Assembly (NCBI GenBank): GCA_012295275.1
Contig: CM022666.1
Coordinates: forward strand, 186,001-250,000
Source of the DNA: Chrysomallon squamiferum
Lineage: Eukaryota; Animalia; Mollusca
DNA: 64,000 nt
Reading direction: 5' to 3'
Shown: in pieces, positions 28,512-64,000 of the stretch
Numbering within the stretch: position 1 is the stretch's first letter
Layout of the letters: every line of letters begins with the position of its first letter
Program-made: the position numbers and the translations under genes
Notes under the pieces: generated by a model
Told to the model about the DNA's origin: nothing
Databases searched by the model: none
Seen by the model: the letters and a program-made list of their open reading frames with translations, nothing else

Positions 28512-29751
28512 TACTGCATGAATAAATGACAAAATAAAATTCTTTAAACTTCCAAGTTTTTATTCATTTTTTTCGCTGTTAACAAAGTGTGTAATTTTTA
28601 GTGTTTTATTAAACTTACGCTGAATAATCAGGTCTGCAGACGATACAGAATCTACAACTTTCCCGTTTGAATCGCTGTAATTGATTTGACATGTGTATTG
28701 TCCCGAGTCAGAGATCATCACCTCTGACAGCTGAACCTCGACAACAGACTTTGCTTTGTCTTTGTTGTCACACTTCCCCGTCACTGATGAAATCGATGCC
28801 ATCTGTGTGTCCACGCGGATGACGTTGTCACTGCCGTTACAAGGAGCAGCGAGAGCGAGAGTAGTTTCTGTATCGTCACTGATACCTGTTCTCTTCAGTT
28901 TCATTCCGATCAGCGTGTGGATGTCACTGTTCTCGCCAGTCCTGCATCTCACCATCACAATCATTCTCTCGTACACAGGCTGAGGAGGCATCGTAAGCTT
29001 TGCTGTTTCCAAAACAACTAAACAAATACATTAAAAATACAATCTTCCATTTGTTTATTTCGTAGGTATAAAATTCAATACTTTTTTTGTTATTTCAGAA
29101 TGTATTACTGCATGAACTGAAAGAGTACATCGCTGATAAAAAAAACAATAAATAACAACTTTGATTTATTTATTAGAAACGTAAAAAGCGTAACAAAAAT
29201 AAACAGACGTACCGAGAGCTTTAGACTGTTCTCTTACACCAGCTGTAAATAAATGAAAACACAAATCTCTACAGCTAGAGTGATCAGTAATGACTAAATA
29301 ATGTATTTTCTGTATTTACCAGATATTGGTATGTATTAACATATTACGTTTAATGTGATACGAACTTATCTCTGACCACTGATTATCTTCTTAGGAAAGC
29401 GTACAACAGGACATTTTATCAATAATTTCTTAAAGTCGTAAGCATTTTCTCTTATTTGTCTTCGGAATATATGTCATAGAATTATACTTTTATCTGACTT
29501 GCATAAATATGATTTGAAAGCAAAATATTTATCAGATTAAATAACTGTTATCATTTCACACATGCGCACACAAAGGAAACATTATAATGAATTTCTATTT
29601 ATTTAGCGTGAAATATTTGCTGCATCTATAAACACGTAGAATGAATAATAACAGATCAACCACTAAGCTTTAGTTCCCTGCTTTATTATTTCACTTTTTT
29701 TAAATGTTCTTTTTTATTTTTATCTTTCCTTTGTTTTTCTACCTTTATCTT

Positions 29752-29806
<55 letters not shown>

Positions 29807-32800
29807 TTTTAATTTATTTATTTCTTATTGAAAAATGCTAATTCAATCTTTAACCAGTTTTGTTGCTGGTCGTGTTTTCTTTCACGAATTTTGTTACTGA
29901 AAATCTACAGTACATACAAATTTAAATAACTACAAAATCAAATATCTCGTTTTTATATTTATTTAACCTTTCTGAAACATTTTGTAACAACTGAACTAAG
30001 ACATAGGTATCATTTTTTGTCTGTTATGTTTTCGATTGTGATATATTTTAACGGGCGCTGACTTCATGGACTGTCTATAAATGTTATTACTTACGGTTAA
30101 CAATCAGTTTTGCTGTAGCGTTTGCCTCTTCATTAAGGTCGTTGATACCATAATAACTAATACAACACATGTATTCTCCTGAATCAGCAGCAGAAACTTC
30201 CTTTAGCACAATCCTCACAAACGACGCTTTCTTGTAACGCTCAGCAATCATTCCGGTCACTATTGCTCTGCCTGTCAAGTTCTTCTCTTCCAGGTAGCCT
30301 ATTCCATTGTTAATTAGCCCGGCAACACTGGCCAGTGTTTTAAACTCTTCGCTGTTTTGAAGCTTTCTCTTTAACGATACAACAAAGATTAAATTGACTG
30401 GCTCGATGTCAGCTGTACTACATTCGATCATCACAGAATTACCGATGTACACAGTCTGTGGTATAATCAGCTTCGCGGCGTCACATACAACTAAACAAAC
30501 AAAAGAAAAAAAGAAAAAAAAGGATATTTACTGAAAATGATCACATTTGGTAAGTACAAGATTAAATACTCTTCTTTATTACAATGCTTTATGGAAGTCT
30601 ATATATATATATATAATACCTACGCACACATAAAAAAATATGTATGAACAAAAAGTAAAAATATGTAGTGAAACGCAAGTGCGTGTATAGTTCGAATCAG
30701 AAATTATTAAATCACATTCAAATTAAACCAACAAATACATTTCTCTGACAAAAAAAAAAAAAAAAAATAAAAAAAAAAGAATAAAAAAAAAGAATTACAT
30801 AATTATGACATAAAATACAAATATAAAAGTCACATAAAATGTTATTAAAATTAAATAACATACCTTCAATTGTAATCGGTGGTTCTACAAAATCTGTAAG
30901 TTAACGAAAGGAATTAAACAAAAACAGAACAACAAGAAAACAAACAAAGAAACTAACTAAATAAATAACATTAAAATAGAGATATTTCTGACAATATGAT
31001 GACTGGTGATGATGTTATGTAACGACAACAACGAGAAAACTGCTAGAAACTAATAAACAGAAGTTATCGAGATGCGATGCAGTAAAACAAGGTCATTTAT
31101 CTCTGTCTCCGACTGATATATGAATACTGATACCTGAAACAAAAATCCTAAACAATTTTCAACAATAAAGCTAAAACTTCAGTTATAAATAAGCGAAGTA
31201 TTACTTATGAAGAAAACAAACTATAGTATCAGTCTAACCATGAAAAAAACCTTTTTTGACTGAACTGATGTTTAAATTATGAATTTATATTATATAAAAA
31301 TGATACTACAATTAAATGTATCAGAGATAGCTTAGATCTGCGGATTCTCAAGATGTAGAGCCCTTTAACAGCAATATCAGAATACTGGGACACAGTAAAA
31401 GTTATATGTTTATTACGCAAAAATACTTATAACTACAGTTCATAACTACAGTTCATAACTACAGTTCGTACTGCTATCACAACTCAGCGGTTCGACTTTG
31501 ATGGATCGTATTGATGGATCTTATTAATATTTATCATTATGTGATCAAAACTCATTTCTTTTTTCCTTTTGTTTGAAGCCTTTCACATACTCACGTAGTT
31601 TAATTAAATAAATACTATGAGATAACATTTTCATAAATATTTTTAAAATTAAAAAAAAAAAAAAAAAAAAATTAAAAACAAAAGTTTCTTCGCATAATTA
31701 AAGAAGTAATAATAATAATTCTACTACTCATGCTACTAATAATACTACTACTACTAATAATAATGATAATGATGATGATGATGAAAATAATAATAATAAT
31801 AATAAATGGGAACCCCAGAAATTCAAATGTAATTGAGTCCTCGTAAATGTACACTGCAGGTAATGTTTCTGATTAATTCAATAATTAATACGTTCTATTA
31901 ATGAAGTTACTTACTCTTAATTGATATTTTTTTAGAAACTTGATCATTCACGACGTCGCCATTTAAATTCACGTAACTAACAATGCACGTGTATTCGCCT
32001 GAATAACCTTTATGTATTCCTGATAAACTAATCTGCAAAAAAGACTCATTTTTTTTATTACTGTCGCATTTTCCTGTCACTGCTGCCACATAAACTAAAC
32101 TTTTGTCTTTCACTGTCGCTTTACCGTTGTCCTCTTTTGTCGCAATAGAAGCCATAACAGTGGCTTCGTTTTTGTCTGCAAGTTTCCTCTTTATAACCAG
32201 AGAATTGAGTACAACGTCTTCGGCGCCGTGAAGTCTGCAGCTGATGGTGAGAGGAGTCATTTTGTATTGTGGACGTGTAACTATTTCCAACTGCGCTCTT
32301 TGATGTGAAACTAAATAAGTATATTTAAAAATAAAATAAAATTATTAAACAATTTAAAAGCTTTTAACATTTTAACATATTAAAATCCTCTTCTAAAGTT
32401 ATCCTTCCTGGTCATCTGGAATCAATTAGACTTGAAAATACTAACGTACAGAATATTTATCTAAGGAGCAATGCTAAGTTTGTTTAACGTGCTACATATT
32501 TAAATATTTTATAAATATCATTCAAACTGTGTGATAAAAGCAACAATGACTATAGATGACAATGATGAAAAAAAAAAAAAAAAAAAAATGAAGAAAAACT
32601 AACAAAACAACAACAGCAAGAACTCCTGTCACAGGCTGAATATTAAAGTTATGTAGAATTAATTTGATTCTCATATTGCCCGTTAAAGTGATATTAATGT
32701 TTGATTTCGCTGCAGCTTACAAAATTTCATCTTTTAATTTTGCACCTATATCGAATAGTTTAATCATACCAAGGAAGATTTGTATACTTGCTAGTCATGT

Positions 32801-32833
32801 TGTTATGTTGTTATTTTTAATTTTTAATTTTTA

Positions 32834-32866
<33 letters not shown>

Positions 32867-35801
32867 TCACCCTAAATAGAACCTTGATTAGCAGAATTAT
32901 AATTTATTCCTGCTAATGTAATTACGGCTAGCACAACTTCAATAAAATAGAACTGTGATATTTGCTAGAAAATATTTGTAATAAATGCAATATCAGTCTA
33001 AGTTACTAAATCATACATTTTAACCAACAAATACATTTTAATATTGAAAGGACATAAAAGTATAATCAATCTTTTAATATCATCCAGATACAATTATAAA
33101 AAGATACAGACCTTGAATTGAAGTCCGTGGTCTTAAAATACCTGTAAATTAGTCAAAGAAATTACAGTTAAAAATTCAGAATTGTTGCAGCATTTTGTTA
33201 AGAAACAACATTTTATACATTTCGTTATTACTGCTTTTTAGTACCTAAAATATAAACAATTAAAAGTGTGCTTTGAATCCAAATTTATTTTTGCTTATTT
33301 AAAATTAATACTTAATTTGACGTAATTTTTTTTATCTGAATGCAATTACTTCTACACATAATTAAATGACATTTACTTACTCTTAAAAGTAACCAATGTG
33401 GAACTTGTTGAATATATATAAACCTTTTCTTTGTAATACATGTAACAACACGAATATTCTCCTGAATCAGCGCTAGTCATTTGTAACACTTTAAGCTGCA
33501 AATAAGATCCTTTCCTGTCACTGTTGTCAGACTTTCCTACCACCTTGGCTCGAACTGCTAAGTCTTTTTCTTTTAGAAATGCTTTGCCACTGCGCACGAC
33601 TGTATACGCACAGGCCACAAGAGTAAAATTGTCACTGTTGAGCTGTTTTCGCCTTATTAATATACCTAAGAGCATATCTATTTCAGTCTCTCTATTAGCA
33701 GTGCATGTCAGTGTCACTGGAATTCCTTCATAAACAGGATTTGGATTTACAGTCAAGTGTGCTATTTCAATAGCTACAACTAAAAACGTTAATAATAAAT
33801 AACAACAACAACAACAATAATAATAATAATAAAATAATAATGATGATGATGAATATGATGACGGTGATGATGATAATAATAATAATACCAATAAGAAATG
33901 ATTATGATATCAACAACTTAATTACTTTCAAAACAACCATTTTAAATATAAATGAATATATATTACAAACTGGCGTTTTTATAATTTGTTTTTACTTTTA
34001 TTCAAACGAAATATACTTCTAAATGGGGATGCCTAGACACTATGATAGAATAGTATAGGGATAAGATCCTAACATATTAATTTGTGTTCAAGAAATGAGT
34101 TGCATTTCCGGAAACAATGCGCGTATATTTTTATTATGCTTCCGACTGTTTTACGTCAGTTAGCCGATAGGTGGCGCATTTTAGCTTTACACGACCATTT
34201 TCTAAAAAGTAAACAAAATGAGGAAACATTCGGTACACCCAAGAAAATGCGTTGCTCATCTTCCACCAATCAGAATACATTTTACATCAGTGGAAAATTA
34301 GAACCTTAAGCTGTAACATTTTAGTAACTATTTATCAATATTTTGAAAAAAAAAAAAAAAAAACACATTCCTAATTCTATAACGCAGATTCGACAAAATT
34401 CCCTTTTCGGAGGCATCATGTATTGTATCTATTCTGCCGCAAAGCTAGAAAAAAAAAAAAAAAAAGAAGAAGAAGAGAGTAATAATAATAATATAAATAA
34501 ATAAATTTGAGCATCATAACATATTCAATTTTGCTAGTAATTTTTGATAGCAACCGTGTGTATAGTACAGGAATTTTCTCTTAAACATCCTTATTATTTT
34601 TATCATTATTATTAATTTTTAAAAACTTATTGAACTATTAAAAAATATCAAATCACTGTTTTAAATGTTTCAGCATACTGGTTGGTTTGCGTGTTAACTG
34701 GTTCATCGTCTTAACAGTTCGATATCTCCCTGAACAAGTCACGTTCTGTGCCTCTTTACACACAAACACTGTAAGTTATTTTTAAATACAATTCAACTTT
34801 TAAAGAGATTAAAAACAGGTTTTTTATTTGTCTGTTTGTTTTCAAATCATTTCTTATTAGAAATTTTTAGCTTCTAAATTAACGTAGTTTGGTGTTTAAT
34901 TATTGACGTTGTGTGGGCTGGTGTGGACAACTAGATACGCGCAGTTTCCATGTCTTACGACAGTACTGGCTCAAAGGTTCCCAGTTTCCGTTATACTAGT
35001 AACACTGACCTCAAATCTGGACCACTGCTGATAAAATAATATTATGGCTACTCATTTTCGTCGAATTAAAAAAAAAAAAAAAAAAAATCTGGCAAATAAC
35101 GTTCATCAGTGCTATTAATGTACAACAGTGGTAACGAAACATTTATTGATTTAAAAAACATATATATATATAAAACAAGGGATATTATATAAATAATAAT
35201 AATAATAAATAAATAATAATAAAATAAAATAAAATAATGTACATGGCGTTTTAGTGATATTATTCTACGTCATATGCATACATTATTATAAGGATCACGT
35301 GATAGGAAGGGTTCACTGGATTCTGTAGCATCATCAGTGTAAACAAATCGTAAGTTTGATATTATTTTTTTTAATCAGTCGGGAAATAAAAATAACTTTA
35401 TTATCAATTATATTTCGCTTTTTCTCTCTATTTTAATTATATATATATATTTATTGTTGCTTATAAAGTTCGTGTATGTTTCAAAGTCCTAATTGTGGTT
35501 TTCAACACCCTTTGACAATGTTTGTACTTAAACCACTTAATGACAAAAACGAATATTTATAAAATTATTTCTAGAAAATGTATTTTTATTAACATTCACA
35601 TAAATATTATACTTTGAATTGTTTAAATCATTCAAACAAAAAATAAGTCGAGGTATAATTATGGTGCCAGACCATCTGATCTTTTTGTTAGTTTTTGCGA
35701 TAGTGAAATGCATTTAATAATAATTTGAGAAACTGATTTTGCGATAGAAACATACCTGATGGAAAACCAAAATATAGTCCAAGGTAAACCCAGCTGGACA
35801 T
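18926..35801 (-). CDS. Receptor A: type-I membrane protein with signal peptide, 5 Ig-like domains, TM and micro-exon-encoded cytoplasmic tail (25 exons, ~837 aa as modelled)
   Basis: Exons (- strand): signal 35801-35756; Ig1 33779-33381; L1 33141-33112; Ig2 32310-31915; L2 30893-30864; Ig3 30490-30095; L3 29242-29213; Ig4 29017-28619; L4 27873-27844; Ig5 27233-26841; L5 25831-25799; TM 25119-25021; 12 micro-exons 24368-19531; last exon 18951-18926. All GT-AG, open frame throughout (2514 nt). The terminal exon is the least certain. Confidence 0.85.
19531..24368 (-). CDS. Array of 12 cytoplasmic-tail micro-exons of receptor A
   Basis: 24368-24350 (19 nt), 23951-23944 (8), 23547-23529 (19), 22994-22972 (23), 22582-22567 (16), 22283-22267 (17), 22015-21997 (19), 21612-21593 (20), 21305-21287 (19), 20945-20926 (20), 20513-20498 (16), 19541-19531 (11). 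Each has a pyrimidine tract + YAG and a GTAAGT/GTGAGT donor. Joined: EKESQKNKEEEDSQMVLNKQGGFTTSHTDLKKDDASSSEKHLTEQDGAKLNQKSGITDDKEANNKNEDD. Confidence 0.8.
25021..25119 (-). CDS. Receptor A transmembrane exon
   Basis: 99-nt phase 1-1 exon GTKISFSTLIIPVLIAVVVISAAMFYRRSKAAK: hydrophobic stretch followed by a basic stop-transfer. Confidence 0.85.
26841..27233 (-). CDS. Receptor A Ig-like domain 5 exon
   Basis: 393 nt, phase 1-1; B-strand Cys (EINCT), SFLQV, DTGLYKC (D-x-G-x-Y-x-C). Confidence 0.9.
28619..29017 (-). CDS. Receptor A Ig-like domain 4 exon
   Basis: 399 nt, phase 1-1; VRCRT, GKCD, DSGQYTC. Confidence 0.9.
30095..30490 (-). CDS. Receptor A Ig-like domain 3 exon
   Basis: 396 nt, phase 1-1; IECST, DSGEYMCC. 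Confidence 0.9.
31915..32310 (-). CDS. Receptor A Ig-like domain 2 exon
   Basis: 396 nt, phase 1-1; TISCRL, GKCD, SFLQI, YSGEYTC. Confidence 0.9.
33381..33779 (-). CDS. Receptor A Ig-like domain 1 (membrane-distal) exon
   Basis: 399 nt, phase 1-1; PNPVYEG..VTLTC, SYLQL, DSGEYSC. Confidence 0.9.
35756..35801 (-). CDS. Receptor A signal-peptide exon
   Basis: MSSWVYLGLYFGFPS with a phase-1 GTATG donor, continuing VVA|IEI. Resembles the MSNWIFFLL / MSVWIFFLL leaders of B and C. Confidence 0.8.
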
Positions 35802-35862
35802 TGTAAAAACATTAACTGATCTTGTACATAAATTGTAGTTAAATGTTCTAATCATCGCTGGA

Positions 35863-35916
35863 CATCCGGAAATGGCCGCATAACCGTTACGTCAAATACA
35901 CGTGATTATGACGTAA
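35863..35916. promoter_or_regulatory. Near-palindromic element TTACGTCA-aata-CACGTG-atta-TGACGTAA plus an adjacent ETS-like CCGGAAAT in the A/B divergent promoter
   Basis: Two inverted bZIP-type TGACGTAA sites flank an E-box at 35887-35916, 86 nt upstream of the receptor A ATG. Confidence 0.55.
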
Positions 35917-35981
35917 TATTTTTAGAAAATGACCCAGGGTTTCTTCTGTAGAAAATATTATATTATTATTATTATTATTAC

Positions 35982-36014
<33 letters not shown>

Positions 36015-36415
36015 AATATAAATTTATTAAAACGAGAAGGATATATTAGAATAATTTTAGAAAACACAATTTAAATATATTTATTTAAATGAAATAAGTT
36101 TCTACGTAAAAGGGATTAAAGATATGAAGCCTTGCTTGTATATGTTGTGAATGGTCGCCATCAGTAATTGCCAGTCTATGACAAACAGATATTACTGTCA
36201 TAAAATATTTGAATATTGCTAATTCACAGCCAGTGTCGTCAGGTATTCGTCAACTGAGTGTTATGTCGATCTAACTACTACTACTACTAATAATAATAAA
36301 AAAAAAAATAGTAAAAAAAAAAATAATAAATACATATAATAATAACAAAATAAGGTCTACAAGTATATATTACTTATATAATTAATTTTAAATATTTATT
36401 ATTATAATAATAATA

Positions 36416-36454
<39 letters not shown>

Positions 36455-36515
36455 GTCAAGAGTGTTAATTATCTAAAAAGAAAATAATAATAAAAAGGTG
36501 GTTGGAACTTTAATA

Positions 36516-36546
<31 letters not shown>

Positions 36547-37011
36547 CTCTAATCAAACGATGTTTCCCATGAAGATTACTATTGCAAACAAAAATGTGTG
36601 GTACAGAAAATTGTTTTGAAATAGCTGTTTGTAGAGAGCAGACTCTAGTATATTTTGAATTTGAATATGTCAATTTAATTTAATTGAATAATATATATAT
36701 ATATGTATATGTATGTATGTATGTATGTATATATGTATATGTATATGTATGTATGTATATATTTATGTTTGTATGTATTATGAATGTATCATAGCCGTAA
36801 CAACATTGAGACAAATGAGGCAAATGCTTCATACCGAAACTGAATTTTTTTTTTTATCTAATGTTTAATTTTTTTTTTTTTTTTTTTTTTTTAAACAAAG
36901 ATTTTATTTGAATAATATACAATATAAATGGCTAGACTCGATGATTTTGCATCTTTCATGTCGGAGCTTCTGGGGCGTTAGGGGGTGCCCAGACTCGCCC
37001 AAACTGTTTGT

Positions 37012-37060
<49 letters not shown>

Positions 37061-37152
37061 CTTTGTTTTGTGATAGTTTGAAGTAATTATGCTTTTGTTG
37101 CTGTTAATTTAAATCTAGTCTAAGGCGTTACTTTTGTAATACGGTAGCGAAT

Positions 37153-37169
37153 TATAAAATATGACGTAA
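37153..37169 (+). promoter_or_regulatory. TATA-like + TGACGTAA motif upstream of receptor B
   Basis: TATAAAATATGACGTAA ~70 nt upstream of ATG 37232; the same ATATGACGTAA lies upstream of receptor C. An acceptor-like TTTACAG at ~37186-37192 leaves an upstream non-coding exon possible. Confidence 0.45.
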
Positions 37170-37231
37170 TTGTCCGATTTTTTTGTTTACAGATAAACAG
37201 TACGTGTATGAGATCGACGAATTTCATCAGA

Positions 37232-52214
<14,983 letters not shown>

Positions 52215-52273
52215 CTGTGGAGTGTTTTAGAGTAGGGCCAAGATATGCAAATGTATATAGACACATATACACA

Positions 52274-52329
<56 letters not shown>

Positions 52330-52383
52330 ATATAACACATCTGATACCTTGGCCCTACTCCAAAACACTCCACAGCTGTTGAG

Positions 52384-52446
<63 letters not shown>

Positions 52447-54879
52447 AATATTGAGCAGCAAAAAGGGATGCTAGAAAGCAAGGCTGCTTTGGTCTGGAGG
52501 TTTAAAGAAAAAATAAAGAATTAAATATAATAATTGGGTCCGACTAAAATCCCTCGCGGGTCGATGTCTAGCGGCTCAAAGCGAAGGCGACACTTTCATG
52601 TTTTTCCCGTTTAGAAAAAATAAAAAAATAAAAAAATATTAAAAGTATATTAATAAGAAAATATAAAATAATGTAAATAAATCTATAAATCATCAATAAA
52701 TAAATAAATAAAAAGTTATGAGCAAACAATCCATCGACTTCCAGTTTGTCGGTTATATAGTTTTTGCTAGTAATAAGTTGTGCGATTATTATTTACTCTT
52801 CTTTTCAATGTAGTTTAGATCTTCGCTTTGTGTTTCGTCACATATCTGCGCATACTTGCATTAGTATCTCACGAAAATGATAACCTAATGAAAACATTAT
52901 TAAAAGAAATGATTTCTAACATTACCAAAATTGTTACAGTTCTATGAAGAGAAAAGACGGTGTTTGTTGTATGACTGTGATTTAAGATCAGTCAAGCAGT
53001 AAGGATCATATATCAATTACTAGGGCTTAAAACAAACTTGAATCACTTTGTGTATTGCTCAGTGGAAAAGTCTTACCAGATAACTTCAATGACTGTTATA
53101 CCTTTAAATATTTCAGCTTAAACCGACATCAGCTGTGTAAATCTACTCCAACACAGCTTTTTTACAACAGGTAGAAACATGTGGAGTCAATTTCAACAAA
53201 CGGTTAACTCTCAAAATGACATTTCAAGACAACTGCTGTTAGTCAGAGGTAGAAACAACACGTGACTGTTGGAAGCACGTGACAGTTCCGACATAACATT
53301 GGTCAGAACGTCAGCACGGTGTGTCAACGAAGAAACATTTTCCATGTAATCGAGTTTCATGTGTTCCTTTTAGATGATAATTACTGCTAATAAATATACG
53401 TAATTGATTATTATAACAATGAATACAGCATACCTTATTCATGTATCATTTGTATCATATATCATATACATGTCCATAATAAGATGCTAATCTAAATGAT
53501 TATTATTATTTTGTTTTTTATTTTTTTTTTTTAATTTTTTTCTTCTTCTTATAATAATTATTATTATTATTATAGTATTAGTTATTATTTATTTATTTAT
53601 TTATAATTATATTATTATATTTTTTATTATGTTTATTATTATTAATATTATTGTAATAATAGATATAGATATGGTAATTGTATTAAAGTGTTAATTTAGT
53701 GTAATATTTTTCGTCTTCTTTTTCATCCTTCTTCGGTTACTTTCTTCTGTTAACACATCAGCTTGTACCAATTACGTGTGATTCTAAAAGTATATTTTAA
53801 ATTAACATCCATAAAATTCTTAACAGTTATTGTTATCAATTCATTGTTACTACTGAATTTTGCTCAGAATTTTGAAATCTTTGTAAAACTCTTCCGAAGA
53901 TAAATCTGCTTGAGATGTACAATAAATTATTTTGTTCTTATATAATTTATAACCTGTTTAGAATTTAAATTTAAAATATTTAACAAATTTAAAAACAAAT
54001 AGAACCCTGTATAGTATAATATTTCGCTGTTATAAGGGGCTCATTTCTTGTCATAACTTGCCCAGATCTCAAATATTAATTCAACCCGACCAGTGGTTTT
54101 AGAGATATGGGACCTAAAGTTTAGCGTTTTACAAAAAAAAAAAAAAAAAAAAAAAAAAAGGAGCTGGAGAGACAGCACATATCAAAACCCTAATATCTTG
54201 TAACAGTGTGTTGATTTTGATGAATGTGGAGTTACTGGTTACCAAGATATTAGAATGTAAAAACATTATCACCGATTATATATATATATATGAACTGCAA
54301 AATTTTATGAGCCTGTTATCTGCAAATCTTCTGAATAAACTGAGTGAATTTCATTGAAGATTGTGAGGTTAAAATGTTACTTTTTGTGGGGAGTGTGTGG
54401 AGGTTGGCTTTCATTGACCCGACATTTTAATAATACACCCGATATTAATAAAATTATGTGTTGGTAGACAATATTACATGATCTTTGTCACAAGATTATG
54501 TATAGGTCAGTGGTCAAAAGTCAAACAAAAATATTTTGTATCGTGCAGTGTAATGCTTTTAAAACTTCCTAACAATTAACATGACCCGATTGCATTAGAC
54601 GATGTAACTAAATTATTTATTATGTTGTTATTTTTTGCTTTTGAATTCAGTTTCGTTAGATTAAGCATAAATTTAGCATTAATTTGTATGGATGTGACGT
54701 TTTATAAAAATATTCCACATCCTTGTGATTCCGGACACCGAATATTCCGGTACCTTTCTGGAACTGATGCATTCTTGAAAATTTTCTTTACTTACTAAAA
54801 TCTTTCAGTGGCTTCTAGAATGATCAAGTGCCTTCTTGAACATTCGAATATTTTTATCAATGTTCTTGTGTAATACACA

Positions 54880-55540
54880 AGTAACTAACGAAAAGAGAAT
54901 GTGCAGTTTTCATTGACAAATGGTTTTATGATTCTTGTGATGTTCCAGATGCTGCAGATCTATATAGGTCTGCAGGTGCACAAGTTGGTGTTTTGTATGT
55001 GGACAATGGCGAAGCTGCTAACCTTCTGGCGGCTCATTTTGTTGCAGGTGGATGATGGAATCAAAGAATTACCTAATTTGAACACGCTTATTAATTAAAC
55101 TTTGGCCTGAAGATAGGGACAAACTGTGGGCTCCACTCAGAGTTGATGGTACATGATGATGGCATTTGGAGAGATTGATGTGTGATAACCGCCTCACAAG
55201 CCCTTTACCGTACCACGACACAAGCATGTGAACAAGCGAATGACTGTTACTTGTGTATAGTAGATCGAAAAGATACATATTCCTATATACTTTCATATAC
55301 ATGAAAGGTTCTCCAAATAGTCTTCTCTGGAAAATGACGTTTCTTAATAAGACTGAGAACATGTTTCAAGAACAGGATATTGGTCGTAATCCAAACGATT
55401 GGCGTCTCTTAATATCTATTTCCTCACGATTTCTCAAATGTTTTCTTCTGCACAATGTAAATTAGTAGACATGTATAAAAATTAGACACTTTGAGCATAT
55501 AAAGGAATTCTACGAAAATGTAAAATTTCTTCTGGAAACT
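54880..55540 (+). mobile_element. Decayed transposase relic resembling CMC/Chapaev3-type DNA transposons
   Basis: Frameshifted fragments FGLKIG/DKLWAPLRV (cf. FG.K.GDQDK.WAPH), PFTVP, DCYLC (cf. DCYFC), NPNDWRLLISISSRFLKCFLLHNVN (cf. WRLFIDSSKRSLK.VLLHNGN), HIKEFYENVKFLLE. Family assignment is from recalled motifs; boundaries approximate. Confidence 0.55.
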
Positions 55541-56756
55541 ACAGCACGTGCAAATTGCAGGTTACATGGCAATTCAAACTGATTACAAAACGGCTGAAAG
55601 GAAGTTATCCAAAACAAATCCTTGTGGCTGAAGGTTTTAAACATTTGGTCCGATGAAAACACGTCCTTTATGCTTTTGAGAAATGTGGAAACAAATATGG
55701 GAAATGTATTTGTTCAGTGCTTCTACGAACTGTTTCACAAGACTAAGTTTCCTGTGGAGTGGAGGCACAAAGACTTTACCTGATTCATCCATCTCATCAG
55801 TCTTCATTTTAGATGCTTTTTCCTAAATGTTTGGTTTCGTGCTTCAGCTGACTTGGGGCAATGCAGAATCCACACACGTAACAAAATGAATGGCGATAAA
55901 GACTTTTGTTCTTGAAAAGTACTAAACTGTCCTATGCACGTATAAGTCTAGATATAGACTATCTGGGAGAAACATTAAAAACAGTGTATCTTTCTAGGCA
56001 GCTTCAGAATATTCTAGAAGGAACTAAAAAATATCACGCATTAGAAGACTCTAGAAAGTAATAAAACACTGTAGAGTAGAAATCATCAGCTGCTCAAAGG
56101 TACTGAATACATGGCGGTTTGATTTGAAGACTGCTGGGATTTTTTTTTTCTAAAAGTTGATATACTCTGCAAATTATGCTTAATCAAAGAAAACTGAATG
56201 GAAAATATAAAAATATCGACATAACAAAATGTTTGTCACCTTGTTTTAATGCATTATCTACTCAGTATAGCCTTGACTGGATATTTCTGGTAATTTAAAT
56301 TTTGTAATCGCTTCAATTCACCACATACAGTGTCTCCCTAGTTGGATAAAACATCTAAATATGTTACTACAGTTGAATGATCATATTTAATTATTACAGG
56401 AAATTACATGTTATGCGGTCCTCTACGGAAAATCATACAAATATTTACTTTATCAAAGTTTACCTGAATTAAGTTCAGAAATTATCTAACAACATATCAT
56501 ATAATACTCATGCATTAGTAACTAACAAAAAGAGAATGCGCAGTTTTCAGTGAAAAATAGGTTTATCATTTATATAGTATATAGTAATGATATGTCATCA
56601 GGATAACAGTGTGAAATGCTATCATTGAGGGTACCTATACAAAAATAGCCAAAATGGGTACGTAACCCCCTATATTTTAATCCCGTCCCATATTCACGAC
56701 GTCACAAGACTCAAGCAATTATAGATTTGTTATAAGGCCAGGAACGAATGTAGTTT

Positions 56757-56767
56757 ATATGACGTAA
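56757..56767 (+). promoter_or_regulatory. ATATGACGTAA motif upstream of receptor C
   Basis: TGACGTAA at 56760-56767, 60 nt upstream of ATG 56820, with GACGTCA at ~56698; same position as the motif in A and B. Confidence 0.45.
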
Positions 56768-56819
56768 CTGTGTCAGACGACCAAATGTTTAACAAGATAA
56801 AGGCTAAATTTTCATCGCA

Positions 56820-63924
<7,105 letters not shown>

Positions 63925-64000
63925 GTTAGTGAATATATTAATTTACTTATGTTTAACTACATATGTGCTACAGTTTTATTGATAAATCAGATATATTTCA

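Overview
AT-rich, microsatellite-dense, intron-rich animal DNA; mollusc/cephalopod-like by composition and Ig-domain type (inference). Left to right: (1) the last six coding exons of an unidentified + strand gene ending in a hydrophobic, GPI-signal-like tail (40-2322); (2) two tandem, basic serpins, one with an inhibitory Arg-Ser reactive loop but a +1 frameshift and one with a non-canonical, probably non-inhibitory loop; (3) three paralogous receptor genes, A (-, 18926-35801), B (+, 37232-~52200) and C (+, 56820 to beyond the window). Each has a signal-peptide exon and five single-exon, Trp-less Ig-like domains separated by 30-33 nt linker micro-exons; A and B also show a TM exon. A's cytoplasmic tail is built from 12 micro-exons of 8-23 nt in alternating 3n+1/3n+2 pairs that look like six tandem copies of one cassette. 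Between B and C the membrane-distal Ig domain is about 33% identical, domain 2 is about 83% identical, and intron blocks still align, a pattern seen in diversifying recognition receptors. Also present are a 3 kb 43-bp satellite, Tc1-like and Chapaev3-like transposon relics, and a MITE-like element. All gene models were assembled by hand from GT-AG sites and reading phase, with no transcript or database support.
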